Positions 9,907 through 20,701 are shown, counted from the stretch's first letter. The stretch: DNA of 64,000 bases from an uncultured Gemmatimonadales bacterium (GCA_963783385.1 CAWANJ010000001.1:512001-576000); one strand, 5' to 3'. Notes: generated by a model from the sequence alone, not told the origin. Program-made: numbers and translations.

Positions 9907-10477
9907 CGTCCCTCTTCCTCCACTTTCCCCTCGACGAACCCGTCCCCTCATCCCCGTTCTCCACGGTCGGCGGAGCGTCACCGAAGCGCCGCACTCCGCT
10001 CGCGTCCACGCCTTCGGTCAGCTCGGCGACGCTCCGACCCAGCACCGGGTGCCGCCAGTCCGGCGCCAGGTCCCGGAGCGGCACGAGCACGAAGGCCCGC
10101 TCCGCCATGCGCGGATGCGGCACCTCCAGGTCGGCGTCGCTGAAGACGCTGCCGCCATACAGGAGCAGGTCCAGGTCGAGCGTCCTGGGCCCGAAGCGCC
10201 GCCCCGTCCGTCGCCGGCCCGCGGTCCGCTCCACGCGCAGCATCGCCTCCAGCAGGGTTCGGGCCGGCAGGTCCGTGCTCCCCACGCAGCACAGGTTGAG
10301 GTAGTCCGGCTGTCGCACGTCCCCGAACGGGGTCGTCTCGTACACCGGAGACACCGCCATCTCCGAGAGGATCCGGCCCAGGGCCCGGAGGCCCCGCGCC
10401 AGATGCCGTTCTCGGGCGCCAAGGTTCGAGCCCATGCCGATGGCGACCTGCACGGGCCCAGCGGCGCGCGTCCTCAT
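9893..10477 (-). CDS. folK: 2-amino-4-hydroxy-6-hydroxymethyldihydropteridine diphosphokinase
   Basis: IGMGSNLG, SPVYET, QPDYLN, GPRTLDLDLL, VPHPRMAERAFVLVPL. Confidence 0.95.
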   Translation of the reverse strand: MRTRAAGPVQVAIGMGSNLGARERHLARGLRALGRILSEMAVSPVYETTPFGDVRQPDYLNLCCVGSTDLPARTLLEAMLRVERTAGRRRTGRRFGPRTLDLDLLLYGGSVFSDADLEVPHPRMAERAFVLVPLRDLAPDWRHPVLGRSVAELTEGVDASGVRRFGDAPPTVENGDEGTGSSRGKWRKRDDASP

Positions 10478-10742
10478 CGGGCCCTCCTGGCGGCGGCGCC
10501 GCCGCCGCCCGCGCGCGTCGTCGCCTTCGACACCTTGTCGCGCGTACGGGAAGGGCTTATGCTCACCGACCACGCGCAGTAAGCAGACACCCCCCCGGAG
10601 GGATCGGGATGGGTGTACCCTACTCGCGCACAATGCGTTATCTTTGGCGCATGCTGCGACTTGGGTTCCTTGTCGGGCGTCCAGTGCGGGGCCGGTCGGG
10701 CGCTCACCATCTTTGACAGGAGGAGAGGAGGGCAGCCGAACC

Positions 10743-11411
10743 ATGTCTAAAACCAAGTGGTTGACGGGCGTGATCGTCCTCGGAGCGTTGGGTCTGTCGC
10801 TGTCGGCAACCCGGGCCCGGGCGCAGGACAACCGAATCACCGTGGATCTCCGCGGTGGCTATGCGATTCCAGTCGCCGACGCGCATGTGCTCTGGAAGGC
10901 CGGCCCCAACGCGGGCATCGGTGTGGCCTACTGGCTCAACCCGCGGCTGGCCGTGCGCGCCGACGGGGAGGCCGACTTCCTGAGCGGCAAGAGCAGTGCC
11001 GACCTGGGGGCCATTTCGGGTGGGTTCAACGTTCCCAACCTGAAGATCTACCACTTCGGTGGCGGCCTCGAGTGGCTGGCTCTGGACCCCGACAACACCA
11101 TGTGGCGCATCAACTTCAACGTCGGGATCGGTGGCAGTCACCTGAAGACCGACAACTACCCGGCCGGGTTGACGGAGCCAACGCCATCGGCCGCGAACCT
11201 CAGCAAAACGTACTGGTCCGGATACGGCGGTGGCCGGATCGGCTACCAGTTCCACCCGAACATCGAGTTCTCGATCGGCGGACAGGTCCACTATATCCTG
11301 ACCGACCACAATGACTTCGTGGCCTTCGGTCAGTTCATTCCGGGCGGCGCCGCCCAGTGGAACGACCTGTGGACGTTTCCGATCCAGGGCGAGTTCACCT
11401 TCCACTTCTAG
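10743..11411 (+). CDS. Small outer-membrane beta-barrel protein
   Basis: Strong RBS (AGGAGG), signal peptide ending ARA-Q, alternating amphipathic strands, C-terminal Phe (EFTFHF). Confidence 0.82.
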   Translation: MSKTKWLTGVIVLGALGLSLSATRARAQDNRITVDLRGGYAIPVADAHVLWKAGPNAGIGVAYWLNPRLAVRADGEADFLSGKSSADLGAISGGFNVPNLKIYHFGGGLEWLALDPDNTMWRINFNVGIGGSHLKTDNYPAGLTEPTPSAANLSKTYWSGYGGGRIGYQFHPNIEFSIGGQVHYILTDHNDFVAFGQFIPGGAAQWNDLWTFPIQGEFTFHF

Positions 11412-11448
11412 AGCGAATCCTCCCGGCCGTGACGGCCGGAGATCGTGC

Positions 11449-11483
11449 GAGGGGGGCCGGTCACCGGCCCCCCTCTTTCTTTT
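11449..11483 (+). terminator. Intrinsic terminator after the OMP gene
   Basis: GAGGGGGGCCGG-TCA-CCGGCCCCCCTC perfect 12-bp stem followed by TTTCTTTT. Confidence 0.8.
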
Positions 11484-12696
11484 CGGGGTCCCGCCACCAC
11501 GCCGCCCGCTCACGCACGTCCGAAGGGATCTCGACCCGGAAGGCTGCCAGGATCGGCGGTGTCGCCCCACCGGGCGCCAGGAGAGCGTACAGGTTTCCCC
11601 CGGCGAGGTCGTAGGCGACGATCCTGCCGGGTACGTCCACGGTGGCCAGATACAGCCCGGCGCGCGTCAGAAGGTCGAGGCGCGCCGTCCCGCTACCGCC
11701 CAGGAAGGCCGGCGTCTGCCGCAACAGCGCGTATAGCCCCGAGGCCGAGTCGAACCGTACCCCCCGGTAGACGTGCTCGACCCGCTGGAGGCGCACCTCG
11801 CGCTCCACCATCGCGTCGAGGACGCTGCCCTCGAGCTTCGAGTCCATCTCCGCCGCCCTGGCGCGATACAGTCGGCGCAGGGTATCGAGCTCCGCCGCCG
11901 AGGCCGTGTCGGCCGCACGTTGGATGCCGAACTCCGAGAGCATGGCGCCCGTATCCCCTACGGCCATGACGACGGGACGCGTGCACGCCAGCACCAGCAG
12001 ACGTCCGCCGCCTCCGTCCATCTTCCAGCAGTCGAAGTCCATGACCTCCGGGGCGATACGAGAGTGGACGTCTCCCGGGAGGAAGGGATGGCCGATCGTG
12101 TCCGTCACCACGTAACGTCTCCACGCCACCCCGCCGCCCCCGGCTTCGAGCGAGAGGACGGTCGTGTCGTCGAGCGGAAACAGGCTGCGGCCGTCGGCGT
12201 CGAGGCGGATGCGGTGGACTTCGTGTCCGTCGGAAGGGTAGACGGCCAGCTCCTGGTGCGATCCGACCACCACCCGACCCGGGAGGGCCAGCAGGGTCAC
12301 GAGCGAGTCCCTGCCGCCGGGCGCCGAGGTCGGCCAGCCGCCTCGGGTGGCCCCGTCGCCAGCGTCGAACACGTCGACCCGGCCGCCGCGACGATCGAGG
12401 AGGTAGAGCCGGGATTCGTCCACGGCCAGGGAGGGGTCCGGGTTCCAGACCGGCCCCTCGAGGAGCGAATCCGGGAGGGAGTCCCTCCACACCGGGGCGA
12501 GCCGGATGGCTCCCGAATCGAGAACCGGCGTCGCCGGGCTGCGAACCACCGTGACGCCCCCCACGGTGTCGACCGTGCCCTCCCAGCGGGGTCCCCCGAG
12601 CTGGGAGATCATCCGACACCCCGACGCCACCACCCCGGCCAGCAGGACGAGGATCACGCCCCGGCCCGGAGCTCCCGGCCCTCCGCCCCCGATCAC
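11461..12696 (-). CDS. Hypothetical lipoprotein, probable beta-propeller
   Basis: Hydrophobic LVLLAGVVASGC. Repeats such as LAVDESRLYLLD, RVDVFD and RLDLLTRAGLYL resemble 6-bladed propeller blades. Start uncertain. Confidence 0.6.
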   Translation of the reverse strand: MIGGGGPGAPGRGVILVLLAGVVASGCRMISQLGGPRWEGTVDTVGGVTVVRSPATPVLDSGAIRLAPVWRDSLPDSLLEGPVWNPDPSLAVDESRLYLLDRRGGRVDVFDAGDGATRGGWPTSAPGGRDSLVTLLALPGRVVVGSHQELAVYPSDGHEVHRIRLDADGRSLFPLDDTTVLSLEAGGGGVAWRRYVVTDTIGHPFLPGDVHSRIAPEVMDFDCWKMDGGGGRLLVLACTRPVVMAVGDTGAMLSEFGIQRAADTASAAELDTLRRLYRARAAEMDSKLEGSVLDAMVEREVRLQRVEHVYRGVRFDSASGLYALLRQTPAFLGGSGTARLDLLTRAGLYLATVDVPGRIVAYDLAGGNLYALLAPGGATPPILAAFRVEIPSDVRERAAWWRDPEKKEGGR

Positions 12697-12697
12697 C

Positions 12698-13525
12698 TCA
12701 GTGGTGCCTGCCGTCCCGGGTCCACACGATGATCGTGGCGCACTGACCGGTGAAGCCACGGTAGACGAACTGCGGTGGCGTCTCCGAGCCGCTGCGGTAA
12801 ATCTCCATGGCGAGGATGGCCTCGGGGGACAGGTCGTCGATCGCGAGGTTCGGCATCGGCTGGTTGTTCACCCAGATGAAGGGCGTGCACCAGCGCTGGC
12901 CCCGAGGCACCCTGATGGAGGTGTGACCGACGGTCGACTCTCCGACCGAGATCCCCGGGAGTCCCCGGAGCAGATCCGCCGATTTGTTGGCGCGCTCTCG
13001 CTTCCTGTCGACCTCTGCCGGCGTCAGGAACACGCCCTGCCGGGAGCGGCGCCGGTTCTCGAACCCCGCCAGCCGGTCGATCGGGAGCATGTGACGCACC
13101 GTGACGTGGATGTCCTCGAGCTGGAGGACCGTCTCGCTGAGCATGAGCGTCGCCGTCGTGACCCGGTTCCCCTGCAGCGAGATGGGCACCGATTGGTTGG
13201 CGAAGCCGATGAGCCGGACGTGCAGCGTGTCGGGGCCCGCCGGCACTCCGGACAGGACGAAGTGGCCCGTGCTGTCCGTGTACGTGCCGACGCCCGCCTG
13301 CAGGAGCGAGACCTGCGCGTTGTGCAGGGGCCCGCCCGTCATGGCCGACACCACCTGCCCGCGAAGCACCGCCGTCGTGTCCTTCTCCGCAGCGGCCCCC
13401 TGGGCGACCATGTCCCTGGCGCCCAGGAAGATCGCGGCAGCCGCCAGGGCCGCGCACAGGAGGTAGCGCCCGGGTCCGGGCCCGGCCCGGACGATCGTCG
13501 TTGAGGTGCCCATGCGTACGCTCAT
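12698..13525 (-). CDS. Secreted CarboxypepD_reg-like plus TonB-plug-like domain protein, no beta-barrel
   Basis: Signal peptide; LRGQVVS...TDSTGHFVLSGVPAG...RLIGF; ADLLRGLPG; CTPFIWVNN; MEIY; CATIIVW. Confidence 0.75.
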   Translation of the reverse strand: MSVRMGTSTTIVRAGPGPGRYLLCAALAAAAIFLGARDMVAQGAAAEKDTTAVLRGQVVSAMTGGPLHNAQVSLLQAGVGTYTDSTGHFVLSGVPAGPDTLHVRLIGFANQSVPISLQGNRVTTATLMLSETVLQLEDIHVTVRHMLPIDRLAGFENRRRSRQGVFLTPAEVDRKRERANKSADLLRGLPGISVGESTVGHTSIRVPRGQRWCTPFIWVNNQPMPNLAIDDLSPEAILAMEIYRSGSETPPQFVYRGFTGQCATIIVWTRDGRHH

Positions 13526-13672
13526 CTCGACTGCCAGGCTCCGGAGGGTCGCGCGGTCCGCGAGGGGGCTCACATCGCCTGCAGCTAATATGGTCCTCGG
13601 CTCCTCCGGGTTCCCTGATGCACGAAGCGGGGATGCCGCCACAAAGGCGACACCCCCGCTCCGGTCCGGGCC

Positions 13673-13700
13673 GCCCTCCGGCCCCGAGGGGTCGGAGGGC
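13673..13700 (-). terminator. Stem-loop downstream of SusD1
   Basis: GCCCTCCGGCCCC-GA-GGGGTCGGAGGGC inverted repeat 30 bp after the stop; no clear U-tract. Confidence 0.5.
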
Positions 13701-13729
13701 TCACGCCGGCGCTCAGTCCGCCCGAAGCC

Positions 13730-15160
13730 CTAGGGCTGCGAGACGTCGCACATGCTGAGCTGGTAATTCGTGTTGTTCTGCTCGTTGAACGCGATCTGGA
13801 AAGCCACGTCCGTCCCGAACGTGCCGCCCTTGTAGTAGGGCCCGGACGGGAACACGTCGGCCTCGTTGCGCCCGTACTGCCGGATGAGCCGGCGCAGGTC
13901 GCCGAGCCGGTGGCCCGTGGCGTACAGCCAGAAGGCGCGCTCCCTGAACATCGTGTCCACGCGAGCAGCCGGAGTCCCTGGATCGGTGATCGCAGGCAGG
14001 CTCGTGGCCGTGACCTGGTTCGAGAACCCGAAGTCGTTGGGCTCGGGCGGATCGTAGCGCGCCGCGAGCAGGTTCTGAACGTCAGCGCGCAGGGCATTCA
14101 GCTTGCTCAGCCACGTGCCGGGGTCGCCGTTGTTGAGTGCCGCCTCGGCCTCGATCAGACGGGCCTCGATGCCATCGGCCAGGACCACGTTGGAGCCCTG
14201 GAGAGGATAGCGGAGGCCCACGTACTGCGGAATCGTCTGGTCGAAACCGCCGCTCGGATCCTGCGCCCACGGCACCCGCGGGTCGTTGGCCGACCGGAAG
14301 TTCAGGCCATTGCCGCCCGTACCGTCCGGGTCCGCCACGGCCGTACCCGCCTGACCGTTGGCCACCGAGTAGCGGCCGTTGCTCATCAGGTTGAAGATCG
14401 GGTTTTGGTCCGCGCTCACGGCGGCGTTGTGGTAGATGAGGAAGATGAAGTCGGTCGGCACGGACGACACCGCGGCCGCCGCCCCCGCGTAATCCCCGTT
14501 GTCCAGCAGCGCCCGCGCCTTACCGACCATGGCCAGGTATTTCCGCTGGTTGTCCTTGGCCGCCGAGATGGCGGCGTCGAACGTGTCCGCGGCGGCCGAG
14601 AACATCTGGGCCGTCGTCAGCGGAGTGCCCAGGTCGGTGGGCGCGAAGTTCTCCGTGCTGCTGAAGGGAATGTTGGAGCAGAAATTCTCGCCCATGGCCG
14701 TGTAGTCGTAGCCAATGTAGCTCTTCAGCTCGCTGATCCGCGGATCAGCGGCCGACGCGTCGGCCATCAGCTTCTGCGCCGACACGGCCGAAGCGCGGGC
14801 AATGTGCAGGTTCCCGTACGCCGCGTCCGTCGTGTTGCCGTTCTGCGGCGTGAACTGGTCCCTCTGGTCGGTGTGCGTCCGGGTGCTGAACGTCCCGGAC
14901 GAATACATCTCGTCCGTGAAGTCGGCCACCGTCGAGAGGATCTCGTCATCCAGCCCGTGGCCGCTGTAGGCCTGCTGGAAGTCCGACAGCGCTCCCGCGA
15001 ACGCCACATCGGGCGTCAGGTTCGCCGGGGTGGCGCGCTCGGGATCGACCACCTGGAGCGCGTTCCCCTTGCAGGCTCCCGCGACGAGCGGGAGCCCGAG
15101 AGCCAGGAGCCAAACCATCGGCAACCCGGCCCGGCCGTTATTTCGTGAAAGATATCTCAT
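13730..15160 (-). CDS. SusD/RagB-like lipoprotein (SusD1)
   Basis: Lipobox LVAGAC; EARLIEAEA; LNALR; ERAFWLYATGHRLGDLRR; lies directly downstream of a SusC. Confidence 0.88.
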   Translation of the reverse strand: MRYLSRNNGRAGLPMVWLLALGLPLVAGACKGNALQVVDPERATPANLTPDVAFAGALSDFQQAYSGHGLDDEILSTVADFTDEMYSSGTFSTRTHTDQRDQFTPQNGNTTDAAYGNLHIARASAVSAQKLMADASAADPRISELKSYIGYDYTAMGENFCSNIPFSSTENFAPTDLGTPLTTAQMFSAAADTFDAAISAAKDNQRKYLAMVGKARALLDNGDYAGAAAAVSSVPTDFIFLIYHNAAVSADQNPIFNLMSNGRYSVANGQAGTAVADPDGTGGNGLNFRSANDPRVPWAQDPSGGFDQTIPQYVGLRYPLQGSNVVLADGIEARLIEAEAALNNGDPGTWLSKLNALRADVQNLLAARYDPPEPNDFGFSNQVTATSLPAITDPGTPAARVDTMFRERAFWLYATGHRLGDLRRLIRQYGRNEADVFPSGPYYKGGTFGTDVAFQIAFNEQNNTNYQLSMCDVSQP

Positions 15161-15180
15161 GGCTCTATCGTCCTCCTGCC

Positions 15181-18100
15181 TCAGAAGCTCACGTCGACGC
15201 GCGCCGTGAAGATCCGCGGAGCGGGCTGCGTGTTGAACTCACCCTGGTTGAACTGGGTGTTGCCGCCCTGCTCGATGATCTCCGGGTCGATCCCGTTGTA
15301 GCCCGTGAACGTATGGAGATTCCGGGCCGCCAGCGTCAGGCTCAGGCCCCTCGTGAAGGGCATGGCGCTGGTCAGCGACTGCGGAGCGTTCATGCGGATC
15401 GACAGCTCCCGCCACTTCATGAACGCGGCCTTGCCCACGTAGCCGGCGTTCGTCCCGAGGAATCCGTAGGCCGCGAAGCGCGCCTGGTTGGCCAGCGGCG
15501 CGTTCGGGTTGTCGGTCTCGGGGCACCCGCGGCGGTTGCTCAGGAAGCTGTTCACGCAGTCGAACTCGGTGGTCAGGTCGAACTGGCCGTTGCCACCACG
15601 GGCCTCGAACAGCGTGTTGACGTGAATGAAGTCGAACAGGCGGAGGTCCGCCGAGATCGAGCCCTCCCACGTGGGCAGGCTCTCGTTGATGAACGTCGAC
15701 GAGTCGCCGAGCGTGATCTCGCTCGGGACGATGATGCCGTCGCCGTTGGCATCGCTGTAGGTGTAGGGAATCTGCTTGTACGAACCGAGCGCCAGGCCCT
15801 CCTGCACGCTCTGACCGGAGCGTCCGACCACGAAGGACGGCACGCCACCGAGGCTCAGCACCTCGTTGTGGTTCGTGCTCATGCTGACGCCGAGGTCCAG
15901 ACCGACCGCGCTCTGGTCCAGTGCCGTGGCGTTGAGGCTGGCCTCGAAGCCATAGTTCTGGACCTTACCAATGTTGTCGAACACCGTGCCGGTCAGACCG
16001 TAGGACGGCGGCAGCGGCTTGGCCACCAGGGCGTCCTTCGACGTCTTGTGGTAATAGGTGAGCTGCAGGCCCAGGCGCTCGTTGAGGAAGCCGGCGTCGA
16101 AGCCGCCCTCGTACTCGGTGATGCGCTCGGGCTTGAGGGCCGGGTTACCGGTCGAGTTGATCGTGACGCCCGTCGTCTGGGAGCCGTTAACGATCGCGAC
16201 GACCGAGCTGAACAGCGTCTGAGCCTGGCGGAACCCGGGTCGCAGACCCGACACGCCCCATCCCGCCCGCACCCGGAAGCTGCTCAGGACGCTGGACTTC
16301 GGGAACCAGGGCTCGTCGGACATCACGTAGGAGAAGTTGGCGCTCGGATAGTACTGCGCGCCGATGTTGCCGCCAAACGCGCTGTTGTTGTCCACCCGGA
16401 GGCCGAAGGTCAGGTACATCCGGTCACGCCAGGACAGCTGCTCCTGACCGAAGCCGGCCACGGTGCGCAGCCGCGAGAAGTTCTCGTTGACGAAGAACCC
16501 CTGGCTCGTCGCGTCGCAGGACGCCAGTCCGGGCACGATCCCGTACCCGTAGCACTCCGTGACGCCCGTGCGGCTCTCCTCGTAGTGGGCACCGAGCAGC
16601 GTGGCCGAGGTGAAGTCGTTGCTGAGATCGAAGGTCGCCTGCACGGACCCGTTGGCCGTGTAGTTGTAATTGTTCGTGCGCGCGTTATCGCGGAAGCCCA
16701 GCGCATAGCTGGTCGCGATCGGCAGCAGGTTGGGCTGCAGCGTCGAGCTGCCGTTGATGTCGTTGAGGTCCAGACCGCCGTTGGCGTGCACGAGCAGCCA
16801 CGACATCGGGTTCCAGTCCATGTTGCCGCCGATGGTGAGGCGGTCGACGTTGTGGACCTGGAGCAGGCTTCTGAGCTCGTCCGGCGAGAAGAAGAAGCCG
16901 TAGTTGAGATACGAGCCCATGTTCCCGCCATAGGCACCGGTGCCGGGCAGGTACGCGGCCGCGCCGTAGATCCCGTTGAGGATCGGGCTGAAGATGTCGT
17001 TGTCGTTCTGCGGGAGGATCAGCCGGTTGGCCAGGTACATCACGTTCATGCCGACGTTGAACTTGTCGTTGGCCTGGACGTTGAAGGTGGCCGTGGCCGA
17101 CGTACGCGTGTTCACGTTGTAGCTGATGACGTTGCGCTCGAACTGCCGGTCGCCCGACAGGAAGTACGTCACCTCGTTACCGCCCCCCGTGAGGCTCCCG
17201 CCCAGCCGGTCCTGGTGGCCCAGCGTGAAGGGCGTGGTGCGCGGATCGAGCAGCGGGTTGAAGGTCAGCATCACGTCCTGCGTGCACGCACCCTGTGCGG
17301 CGTAGACGTTGGGGCACGAGGTGAACGCGGAAGCGTTGATGCCGCCGTTGGCGCCCGGGGCGATCACCGGGCCCGGACCGATCCGCATCAGCGAGGACAC
17401 GTTCGGCGGGTAGGAGGTCATGTCGTTCATGTTGCCGAGCTCGCCCCAGAAGTGGAAGCGCGTCTCGGCGTTGGTGCCGTGCTTCGTCGTGATCAGGATC
17501 ACGCCGTTGGCGGCGTTGGACCCGTACAGGGCCGCGGCCGCCGGGCCCTTGATGACCTGGACGTTCGAGATGTTCTCGGGGTTCAGGTCGTTGAGCGCCG
17601 AGGGCTCCTGTCCGCCGGTGCCGCCGGCTACCACCGGCTGGGCGCCCGCGGCCACCCGCACGCCGTCGATGTAGACGAGCGGCTCGTTGGAGAGCGAGAA
17701 TGCTGTTGGCGCCACGGATCCGGATATGCTGCGCCGTGCCCGTCGTGCCGGAGACGTTCTGAACGACGACGCCCGAAGCCCGGCCGCTGAGCAGGTCGTT
17801 GAAGCTGCTGACATTCGTCTGGTTGACCTGCGAGGCGTTGATGTTGGCCGCGTTCGTGCCGATGTCGCGCCGCTGCTGGCGCACCCCGGTGACCACGTTC
17901 ACGACCACTTCTTTGAGCCCCACCGCCGACGGCTCGAGCTGAAGATCGACCGTGGTGGTCTGCCCGGCGCGGACCGTTACGTTTCGGCTGATCACCTTGT
18001 AGCCGAGGAGTCGGACACGCAGCTCGTGCGTGCCAGCCGGGACATCGGGAATTCGGTACTTACCGTCCTCTCCAGCCAGCGTCCCCAGGTTCAGGCCCGG

Positions 18101-18274
18101 AATAAAGACCTGTGCACCGGAGACCGGCTTGAGCGTGGACGCGTCGGTGACCGTTCCCGAGATCGTGCCCTGCTGCTGTGCCCGGCCGGCCGTGGACCAG
18201 CCGAGCGACAGGGCCAACCCCGCCGCGAGAACGGCAGCGACGCGCCCTGCGCGTCTGAACAACGTAGCGAACAT
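15181..18274 (-). CDS. SusC/RagA TonB-dependent transporter (SusC1), one apparent frameshift near 17699
   Basis: N-part in ORF 17177-18274 (signal, CarboxypepD_reg, IRIRGANS). C-part in ORF 15181-17814 (PLVYIDG, IKGPAAAALYGSNAANGVILITTK, LKPE, GIDPE, terminal F). Removing one base joins them. Confidence 0.9.
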
Positions 18275-18542
18275 GGATCACCCTCCTGTGGCTTCGGGAG
18301 TGCTTCTCCGGCGCCCGCCGCAGGCGCTGATGCGCGCGACGAGCCGCCACCCACCCCTGTCTCTCGAGCGAGCCGAACCAACGTAGGTCGGCGCACCGCA
18401 TGGAGCTAGGGGACAGGCCCGGTTCGTGTTAGGCGTTGTGGGGGATCGACGACGTCTGGTGCGTCAGACCGCTCCTCCTGGTCGAAGGGGTGGTGGACGG
18501 CGCCCCGAACGAAGACCTGGGGCTCGCGGGAGTCCAGCATTG

Positions 18543-18571
18543 TGATTAACCGCCGGCCATACCCATGTCAA
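18543..18571 (-). promoter_or_regulatory. Putative sigma70 promoter for SusC1
   Basis: Minus strand TTGACA-17 bp-TAATCA; perfect -35, weak -10. Confidence 0.5.
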
Positions 18572-18867
18572 GCGCTTTGCGGACACCGCGTCACCGAATC
18601 GTTACAGGTCGCCGGCGTGAATCGGGGCGCCAGGCGTCTGCCGGCAAAGGATATCGCGGGGCCTCTGCAAACCGGATGCGGATATCGGGCGACCAGGCCG
18701 CGCCCCGGCTCGTCTCACGGGATACAGGGTTCGTCGAACCATGGCGCCGTCCGTCGCACGTGGAGCGCACCCGCGCTTCGAACCTCCCTAGCGTGGCGAC
18801 GGCCGCGTTGCCGGGCTCCGACCCGGTGGCTACCTTTTCCTGCGGTCGCACAGACACTCGAGGTTCG

Positions 18868-19746
18868 ATGAAGCCGTATCGGAACCGGACCGGGTCGGAC
18901 CCGCGCCCCTCTCGAGCGCTCCCGAGCCCGGTGGCGTTCGCCCCCGCCGACGGCCCCGCGCCGCCCCGTCGAAGTGTGCTCCCGTCGCCGGTCCCCGGTC
19001 GTCGCGCGGCCCGCCGACGGGCGCTCTTCGGCTTCCTGCTCCTTGCATCCACCCTGCCGACACCGGTCGTGGCCCAGGCGGGCTCGGCCACCCTGCGCGG
19101 CTGGGTCCTCAGAACGGGCACCGACACGCCGCTCCCCGCAGCCCGGGTCGAGCTCGTCGGGATGAAGAAGGCGGCAGTCACCGACTCGGCGGGACGCTTC
19201 GAGGTGGCCGGGCTGCCGTCCGGCGTGGTGGTGGTGCAGGTACGGTACCTCGGGCTGAGCGCCCAGCGCTGGAAGGTGCCGCTGCACACCGACGCCGCCA
19301 CCGCGATCGTGTTCCGCGTCGGGCTCGGCATCATTCCCGTCCCGGCCATCCACGTCTCCGTGAAGCGCGTCGTGTGGCCCAAGATGCGGGGCTTCGAGAG
19401 CCGCATGCAGCGCAGCGAGGGGACCTTCATCACCCGGGACGAGATCCAGCGCCGCCAGCCCCAGGAGCTGAGCGACCTCCTCCGCACCGTACCCGGCCTC
19501 ACCTTCGCACGTCCGTCCATCGAGTTCGAGGATACTCGCGTGGTGATGGGTCACGGACGCCTGCAGTGCACGCCGACCCTGTACATGGACGGACACCGGG
19601 TCTCCGCCTTCCGCCTGGACGACTTCGCTCCCGAGCACATCGAGGCCATCGAAGTCTACACGCGCATGTCGCTCGTCCCGGGCCAGTATCGGATCGGTCC
19701 GAACCGGTGTGGAGCGATCCTGCTGTGGAGCCGCGATACCTTCTAG
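18868..19746 (+). CDS. Secreted CarboxypepD_reg-like plus TonB-plug-like domain protein, no beta-barrel
   Basis: Signal ending VVA-Q; TDSAGRFEVAGLPSG..RYLG; GTFITRDEI; SDLLRTVPG; CTPTLYMDG; IEAIEVY; CGAILLW. Paralogous to 12698-13525. Start uncertain. Confidence 0.78.
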   Translation: MKPYRNRTGSDPRPSRALPSPVAFAPADGPAPPRRSVLPSPVPGRRAARRRALFGFLLLASTLPTPVVAQAGSATLRGWVLRTGTDTPLPAARVELVGMKKAAVTDSAGRFEVAGLPSGVVVVQVRYLGLSAQRWKVPLHTDAATAIVFRVGLGIIPVPAIHVSVKRVVWPKMRGFESRMQRSEGTFITRDEIQRRQPQELSDLLRTVPGLTFARPSIEFEDTRVVMGHGRLQCTPTLYMDGHRVSAFRLDDFAPEHIEAIEVYTRMSLVPGQYRIGPNRCGAILLWSRDTF

Positions 19747-19817
19747 GAGCCCTGGAATCCGGGCCACGTCCAGGGAAGGTCGGAATCGGGCCGCCGGGAA
19801 GCGGCCCGGCGTTACGG

Positions 19818-20282
19818 CTACTTGCCGGCCGGTGGCGGCTGTCCGCCGGTCGTCCCGCCACCACCGGAGCTCAGGACGGCGGCCGCGGCCAGCGCCGCCC
19901 CGACCACGAAGCCTCCGGCCAGGATCGTCTTGATCGCGGAGAACTTCCGGATCTCGATCCCGGCGACCGCATCCGCGGGGACCCGCGCCGTGCGACCGCC
20001 GACCTGCTGTTGGTAGCCCGAGCGTGCGGTGGTCTGGAAGACCGACACGACCAGGGAATCGCCTTCCTCCCCGACCATCTCGGCATCGAGCTCGACGACG
20101 TCGTTTGCGCCGATCTCTCCCATGCGGACGTCGATGGGCCGGCCGAAGTGGATCTTGAGAGCGGTACCCTGCTGCACCCGTTCCGGCGCCCCCTGCAAGG
20201 GCACGTAGGTGTAGCAGCCGGACAGGTACATAGCTCCGCTCGAGATCACGAGCGCCCACACAGGCCGGAAATACCTCCGCAT
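19818..20282 (-). CDS. Hypothetical lipoprotein with C-terminal hydrophobic helix
   Basis: Lipobox LSGC followed by YTYVP; C-terminal KTILAGGFVVGAALAAAAVL. Confidence 0.7.
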   Translation of the reverse strand: MRRYFRPVWALVISSGAMYLSGCYTYVPLQGAPERVQQGTALKIHFGRPIDVRMGEIGANDVVELDAEMVGEEGDSLVVSVFQTTARSGYQQQVGGRTARVPADAVAGIEIRKFSAIKTILAGGFVVGAALAAAAVLSSGGGGTTGGQPPPAGK

Positions 20283-20287
20283 CGTGG

Positions 20288-20701
20288 TCAGTCTCCTCCG
20301 ATCGTGAGGCCGTTGCTCGGAAGTCGCCAGTGGACCACCGCACCCGGCACGAGATCGAAGGGCTGGGAGACGAAGCGCAGCCGGTTGCTCCGATCGCCCG
20401 CCGCCAGGCGTCGCTCTCCCGAAATGTCACGCGATTGGTATTCCAGCGTGCCGGTGGTGTGCGGCGACACGGTGCCGAGGAAGGAGCGCTCACCGTCGAA
20501 GGTGAGGAGGTAGACCGTCAGTGGCTCGCTCGGTGTTACGTCGTTCTCCACCACGACGGTGACGCCGGCCCGCGCCGTGGAGTCGGCGGCCGTCCCCCCC
20601 AATGTGGAGACGGGCCCTCCCCTCCCGGAGGCACACGCCAGGAGCGTGACCACCGGGAGGAGGGACCCGATTCTCCTCGAGGCGAACCGGAGAGGCCTCA
20701 G
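20288..20701 (-). CDS. Hypothetical small lipoprotein
   Basis: Lipobox LLAC. A full signal peptide needs extension to a CTG start at 20701, which follows GGAGGGG. Beta-rich body (VTVVVEND, LTVYLL, FLGTV). Confidence 0.6.
   Translation of the reverse strand: MRPLRFASRRIGSLLPVVTLLACASGRGGPVSTLGGTAADSTARAGVTVVVENDVTPSEPLTVYLLTFDGERSFLGTVSPHTTGTLEYQSRDISGERRLAAGDRSNRLRFVSQPFDLVPGAVVHWRLPSNGLTIGGD

Noticed and set aside
15145-17790. Long antisense ORFs opposite SusC, atpA, dnaK, degP and NYN (e.g. 881, 900, 1143, 793, 675 aa)
   Set aside because: These are stop-poor shadow frames typical of high-GC codon bias, with no recognisable motifs.
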